Source: a virus
Reading direction: 5' to 3' (one strand)
Length of the DNA stretch: 64,000 nucleotides
Virus record (IMG/VR): IMGVR_UViG_3300031963_012969
Under the pieces are notes generated by a model. The model was not told where the DNA came from. It saw nothing but the letters and a program-made list of their open reading frames with translations, and made no database searches. Positions 59,324 to 64,000 of the stretch are shown here, piece by piece. Numbering within the stretch: the first letter of the stretch is position 1; every line of letters begins with the position of its first letter. Position numbers and translations under genes: made by a program.

Positions 59324-62300
59324 TCAATCAAATGGATTCCACCATGATCCATTATTTTCTGTTTTGCTGTCTGCGCCCCCTTTAGAGCTTTTAGCGGATA
59401 TAGCTTTTTTATCTACTCCAAGCTTGTCTGCTATTCCCTCGAGAGCTCTTAATATTCTTTCTATGGCGTCTTTAGGATCGAAATCATTTTTCTTTTCCTT
59501 TTCCGTTTCTTCTCCCTGAAGCTTGACCTTTCCGCTCTCAAGCTCTTCAGATATTTTACTTTTCTTCTCTTCGAAAATTCTGTTTTCGTGTTCCTCTATG
59601 TATTTATTTCTTGTTTCTTCACTTAATTTGGTTCCAGTTTTTTCTAGTTTTCCTACTTCTTTAACAGCTTCTTCATGTGCCTCTTTTTTGGCTTTTTCAT
59701 GCATTTCAACTATTTTGCCACCTTTTCCAGTTACTAAATCTAGTTGAGCCTGGCCAATTTCTTTTTGTTTATCCGTCATTTTATCATAGTCACCTAAAGC
59801 ACCGCCAGCTGCCCTTGCAACACTCTCAAACGTGATTTGACCTTCTTCATTTCCCTCTTTCTTTAAGTCTTTGTAGACTTTAGACATTACGCCCATTGCT
59901 TTTTCGCCAATGTTAAAGTCTCTAAGTAATGGCCCCCTTGTTTCACTTACTTGTTTGACTTCTGCCTGAATTTCCTGTTGATCTTTCATCAACTCTTTTA
60001 TCCTAGCTGTAGCACCTTCATTTCCTGCAACTTCAAACGCTTCTGATAAATCATTGGTGTTAGCTGCAGACGTTAAGGTTCCCGATATTTCCTGTACTTG
60101 TTCTGCAGTTGCTGTAGGAAGTATCTCCGAGATTCTTTCCTTCATTCTTTTATCGTCGGTAATGTCTTCCTGTGTTATTTTACCCTCTTCTAGCGCTTCC
60201 CTTATTTTTGATGAACCTTCTGATCCTACGCCAGTCTCTGCTATTGTTCTTGCAAAAACTGAGTCTGCGTCCCTCGTGCCCATTATTGACTCTGATATAT
60301 ATTTGTATGTTGCCTTATTATTGAATTCTATGTCAGCTCCAGTTAGATAATCAAAGTAAGCCCCCTCACCGTATTTTGATTTTATTAACTTTAGTGTATT
60401 TTCTGATGCACCGCCCTCTTCTTCAATTTTGTTATCAAGTACGTCTATCATCAGATCTGTATTTTCATCTATTCTACCTGATTCAGCTGCCTCCTCTCTT
60501 ATTCGCCTGGCTTTTTCGAAGTCTTTATTTTCCATCGCTTCCTTCATTTCCTTTGCGACCTTGCCTTGTTCCCCTTCAGTCCCCAATACAGCTAATGCAG
60601 CAACCAGTCCTTGATTTTCTGATGATCTTGCTACCCTGCCTTGATATTCTGCTATCTTCACAGCCGTCTCTTCTGTAGATTTACCAGTGTATATCTCTTT
60701 TTTGTCTTGAGCGTCTTTTCTCCTAGCGTCTACTAAGCCCTTTGCAGCTATCAAAGCGTTTTGAGCCATGTTTGTCTGGTTTCCTCCCTTTACGCCCATT
60801 CCTTTATACATTTGATTTGTTACTTCAAAATATCTTGCTATTGCATCATTACTCATGTCCACTACTACAGCTGTTGCCTGTATTTTTTGCAACAAGTCTC
60901 TAACTTTTCCAGTAGACATTCCAGAAGACCCTTCAACTAAGTCACCTACTCGATCCATTAATTCCCCTAGCCCCGTGTCAGCTCCAAATACATTTTGCGC
61001 TTCTCTGATCATGCTATTTAGCTCGCTTAAATCTTGTCCTTTCTGGTCTTGTTCTTTTGCGTTTTGTGGTGTTCTGGGTTCTGAAATAGCTTGTAATCCA
61101 GAGCTGCTCCTAGGATTCATTATTTCATTTGCCAGTTTAATATCCTTCTCTGTTCCAAAATTTTTAATTGTCTGTATTTCCGTATTTCTGGCTTGTTCTA
61201 TTTTATCGTTGTTTTTTTGTACTATTGTTTGTGATTGCTGGTTTAGCTGTCTTACTTCGTTTTCTGTTCCAAGCTTTAAAGCTATTTTTGAAAATTGGTC
61301 TAATGTTGACCTAAGCTTTTCTTCCCCAGTTACTGAAACGGTGTTTGATTTTTGATTTGCACCTGTTTTCGTGTTATTTTCCTCTTGTTTCTTTGCTTTT
61401 GTCAAAGCCTCAACAGCTTCGGTGTAAGAAGATATTTCCTCCCTTTCTTTGTCTCCTATCTTTCCTTCTTTTTCTGCTCTTTCCACTATCCCTTTTACCA
61501 ATTTAGTAGGATCGCTTATGTCTATTTCCTTGTCGGAAGAAAACGTTGAAACATCGTCTTCCTGTATCCCAATCTTTTTCTTTATTTTGCCTGACTGCTT
61601 AGTGAACTCTTTCTTCTCTTGTTCCGTACCAATTAAATCAACGACTTCAGAAACATCATCTATTGTTTTTATTAAGGACTGATCATTTCTTCTTTTTACT
61701 GTTCCGGTGTCTTCTAACTCTTTTACTAAATTTTCTGCCTCTTTTACTTTTTCCTGTTTTGATTTGTCTTCCTTAGGTAATTCAGACTTTCTTTGCATTA
61801 CCTGTTTAACTATTTTAGCTGTATCTGTTAAATCGACCTTTGTTGATTCAAGTATATTATTTTTTTGCTCATCAAATGCTTTTTGTTCCTCGGGTGTTCC
61901 ATATTTTTTGATGGCAACTTCATATTCAGATAAATGACCATCAAGATCCTCGCCTGGGGCAGCAGTCACTCTATTGTTTACATCTTCTTCTTTTTGTTTT
62001 TCCTTGGCCGATGAAAGCGCATCTATGGCTTCATTAGCGTCATAATAATATGATAGTTCATTTTGATCTCTATTAGATATTAAATTGTTTTTTCTAGCCC
62101 TATCAATAGCATTTTTGGCTAAAGCCGTAGGTGTCGTTATATCTATGGAATTATTTTCTTTGCTGCTTAAAGGAGACTGTCTTTTTATCTCCATCATTTC
62201 TCGGTCAAATTTTTCTTTTTCCTCTGGTGAATCTAGACCACTAAGTAAATCATGGTCACCCCTATTAGAGTAATCTTGTTTAGGGGTCTTATTTTGTTGA

Positions 62301-64000
62301 TATAAATCTAAATCTCCTCTAAAAGAGTAATCTTGTTCAGGTGACTTATTTTGTTGATATTTTTTAATATCCTGTACCTTAGAAATAAACTGTTCTTTTT
62401 GCTCTGTGGTATTGAGCTTATCCATTATTTCGGGGAACTCTGAGCCTACGCCAATCTCTAGTTCTTTTTTATTATCAACCTTTAATTGATTAAGATTCTG
62501 TAGTTTCTCCTTGAATTTTTCCCTCTTTTCTGGAGTTAATTTTGTAATTACATCAGAAAACTCTTTTTCTGGTGTAATCTGCTTCTCTTTGCTTTTTCTG
62601 CCTGCGGCAGAACTAAATTCATTTAATCTTTCCTTAAATTCTTGTTTTTCTTGTGGTGTATTAAATGTTTCAATGATTTCAGAGAAATCTTTTTCTATTG
62701 TTTTTTCGCTTTTGGTGGGTTGATACTCTTTTGCTTTTTCCTCAATTCTTGACTTGAATTCATTTATCTCTTCTGGAGTTTTAAGTTTTTCAAGTACATT
62801 AGGAAACTCCGCCTCTATATCTATTTTTTCTTCTTCTGTTTTGCTAGAAGATCCCCTAAGTTTTTTTATTTTTTTCTTAAACCTCTGTTTATCTTCTGGT
62901 TCACTTAATTTATTTAATACACTAGAGAACCGTTTTTCTATTTCCTTATCTTGTTCTTCAATTCCAACCCCAGTTACTTCCTGTATTTTATTTTTAAAGT
63001 TCTCTATTTCTTCTGGATTTTTAAATTTTGATATTTCCTGACTAAATTCATTTTCAATCTTATTTTCAAATTTTTCCTCAGACTGAGATTTGAGTTTTTG
63101 TATTTTTGACTTAAACTCCACTATTTCTTCAGGTGTCTTAAGTTTATTTACCTCCTCCGGGAATTTTTCCTGTATTTCGGCGTCAAACTCTTTTTCTCCT
63201 GATTCCTGTAACTTTTGTACCCTATACTTAAACGACTCTTTTTCTTCAGGCGTTTTAAGTTCTCCTATTATGTCCGAAAAATTTGTTTCTATTTGTTGAA
63301 TCTGATCCTGTTCATTTGAATATTTTTTACCAGATGCTCTAACTTTTTGTAATCTATTTACTATCTTATTTTTTTCCTCTGGAGTCTTAGCACTTTTTAT
63401 TATGTCTGGGAAAAATTCTCCCTCTATTTCTCTTCTCTGTTCTCTGATTTTACTTGGCTTTACTTTCCTAATTTCTTGAACATTATCTAAAAATTTTTCT
63501 ATTTCTTCTGGGTTTTCTATGTCATTAAGTATGCTAGAAAATTCTTTTTTAGATTGTTGTCTCTCCTCTTGAGTATTTTCTGTTTTATCTTCCTCTCTTA
63601 GTTTTTGTACCTTATTTATAAATTCTTCTTTTTGTTGTGGTGTATCAAGTTTTTCTAGTACATCTGGGAATTCTTGAGTTATTTGTTGTTTTTGTTTTTG
63701 CTCGTACCTTGGCGATTCATATTCTTTTACTTCTTTAACCTTATTAAAAAACTCTTCTTTTTGTTCTGGCGTAGTTAGCTTTCCAATTATATCTGGAAAC
63801 TCTTTCTCTATTTCAATCCTCTGTTCTTTGGCACTATTTTGTTTATCTTTTTTTATTTCCTGTACTTTATTTATGAATTCTTCTTTTTGTTCTGGTGTAT
63901 CTAGTCTTTCTATTATGTTAGAAAATTCTCTATTAACCTGTTCTTTTTGCTGTATTAATTCTCGTGACTCAGACTCTCTGAATTTTTGCACATTTTGTAT
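59324..64000 (-). CDS. Very large helical repeat protein, tape-measure-like; 5' end lies beyond the window
   Basis: The frame is open to 64000 (IQNVQKF...), so the track GTG start is arbitrary. E/K/Q-rich helical composition; lies upstream of the hub and baseplate genes. Confidence 0.6.
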   Translation of the reverse strand: MQNVQKFRESESRELIQQKEQVNREFSNIIERLDTPEQKEEFINKVQEIKKDKQNSAKEQRIEIEKEFPDIIGKLTTPEQKEEFFNKVKEVKEYESPRYEQKQKQQITQEFPDVLEKLDTPQQKEEFINKVQKLREEDKTENTQEERQQSKKEFSSILNDIENPEEIEKFLDNVQEIRKVKPSKIREQRREIEGEFFPDIIKSAKTPEEKNKIVNRLQKVRASGKKYSNEQDQIQQIETNFSDIIGELKTPEEKESFKYRVQKLQESGEKEFDAEIQEKFPEEVNKLKTPEEIVEFKSKIQKLKSQSEEKFENKIENEFSQEISKFKNPEEIENFKNKIQEVTGVGIEEQDKEIEKRFSSVLNKLSEPEDKQRFKKKIKKLRGSSSKTEEEKIDIEAEFPNVLEKLKTPEEINEFKSRIEEKAKEYQPTKSEKTIEKDFSEIIETFNTPQEKQEFKERLNEFSSAAGRKSKEKQITPEKEFSDVITKLTPEKREKFKEKLQNLNQLKVDNKKELEIGVGSEFPEIMDKLNTTEQKEQFISKVQDIKKYQQNKSPEQDYSFRGDLDLYQQNKTPKQDYSNRGDHDLLSGLDSPEEKEKFDREMMEIKRQSPLSSKENNSIDITTPTALAKNAIDRARKNNLISNRDQNELSYYYDANEAIDALSSAKEKQKEEDVNNRVTAAPGEDLDGHLSEYEVAIKKYGTPEEQKAFDEQKNNILESTKVDLTDTAKIVKQVMQRKSELPKEDKSKQEKVKEAENLVKELEDTGTVKRRNDQSLIKTIDDVSEVVDLIGTEQEKKEFTKQSGKIKKKIGIQEDDVSTFSSDKEIDISDPTKLVKGIVERAEKEGKIGDKEREEISSYTEAVEALTKAKKQEENNTKTGANQKSNTVSVTGEEKLRSTLDQFSKIALKLGTENEVRQLNQQSQTIVQKNNDKIEQARNTEIQTIKNFGTEKDIKLANEIMNPRSSSGLQAISEPRTPQNAKEQDQKGQDLSELNSMIREAQNVFGADTGLGELMDRVGDLVEGSSGMSTGKVRDLLQKIQATAVVVDMSNDAIARYFEVTNQMYKGMGVKGGNQTNMAQNALIAAKGLVDARRKDAQDKKEIYTGKSTEETAVKIAEYQGRVARSSENQGLVAALAVLGTEGEQGKVAKEMKEAMENKDFEKARRIREEAAESGRIDENTDLMIDVLDNKIEEEGGASENTLKLIKSKYGEGAYFDYLTGADIEFNNKATYKYISESIMGTRDADSVFARTIAETGVGSEGSSKIREALEEGKITQEDITDDKRMKERISEILPTATAEQVQEISGTLTSAANTNDLSEAFEVAGNEGATARIKELMKDQQEIQAEVKQVSETRGPLLRDFNIGEKAMGVMSKVYKDLKKEGNEEGQITFESVARAAGGALGDYDKMTDKQKEIGQAQLDLVTGKGGKIVEMHEKAKKEAHEEAVKEVGKLEKTGTKLSEETRNKYIEEHENRIFEEKKSKISEELESGKVKLQGEETEKEKKNDFDPKDAIERILRALEGIADKLGVDKKAISAKSSKGGADSKTENNGSWWNPFD
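62190..63930 (-). repeat. About 14 tandem ~35-45-aa repeats, consensus F[PS]x[IV]xxKLxTPE[EQ]xxxFxx[KR][VI]Q
   Basis: Examples: FPDIIGKLTTPEQKEEFFNKV, FPDVLEKLDTPQQKEEFINKV and FPNVLEKLKTPEEINEFKSRI. Confidence 0.8.

Overview
AT-rich, densely coding, mostly minus-strand segment of a large (jumbo-type) tailed phage genome. It has no cellular housekeeping genes. Left to right it contains: the 5' end of a DnaE-type polymerase, a ~1.06 kb GC-rich non-coding island, a replication/recombination block (primase, DnaB-like helicase, SF2 helicase, SbcC/SbcD), a retron-like reverse transcriptase, a DUF3150/DUF2997/DUF1257/Ycf46-like AAA cluster, terminase large subunit, many small hypothetical genes, tRNA-Ile2(CAU) with neighbouring structured non-coding sequence, a GT4 glycosyltransferase, three ~930-aa collagen-like fibre genes, a paralogous tail/baseplate family, baseplate genes, a sigma factor and a truncated, very large repeat protein. 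Main finding: the island at 560-1621 resolves into three tandem units that differ in sequence but share one architecture matching retron msr-msd RNAs on the minus strand. Each has its own a1/a2 inverted repeat, a bulged candidate branch G, a small msr-like hairpin and two long msd-like hairpins. An effector-less retron-type RT with two large insertions lies ~8.5 kb away on the same strand. I propose a phage-encoded multi-template retron array system that makes several long double-hairpin ssDNAs. All family assignments come from motif recognition by eye; no searches or folding programs were run.
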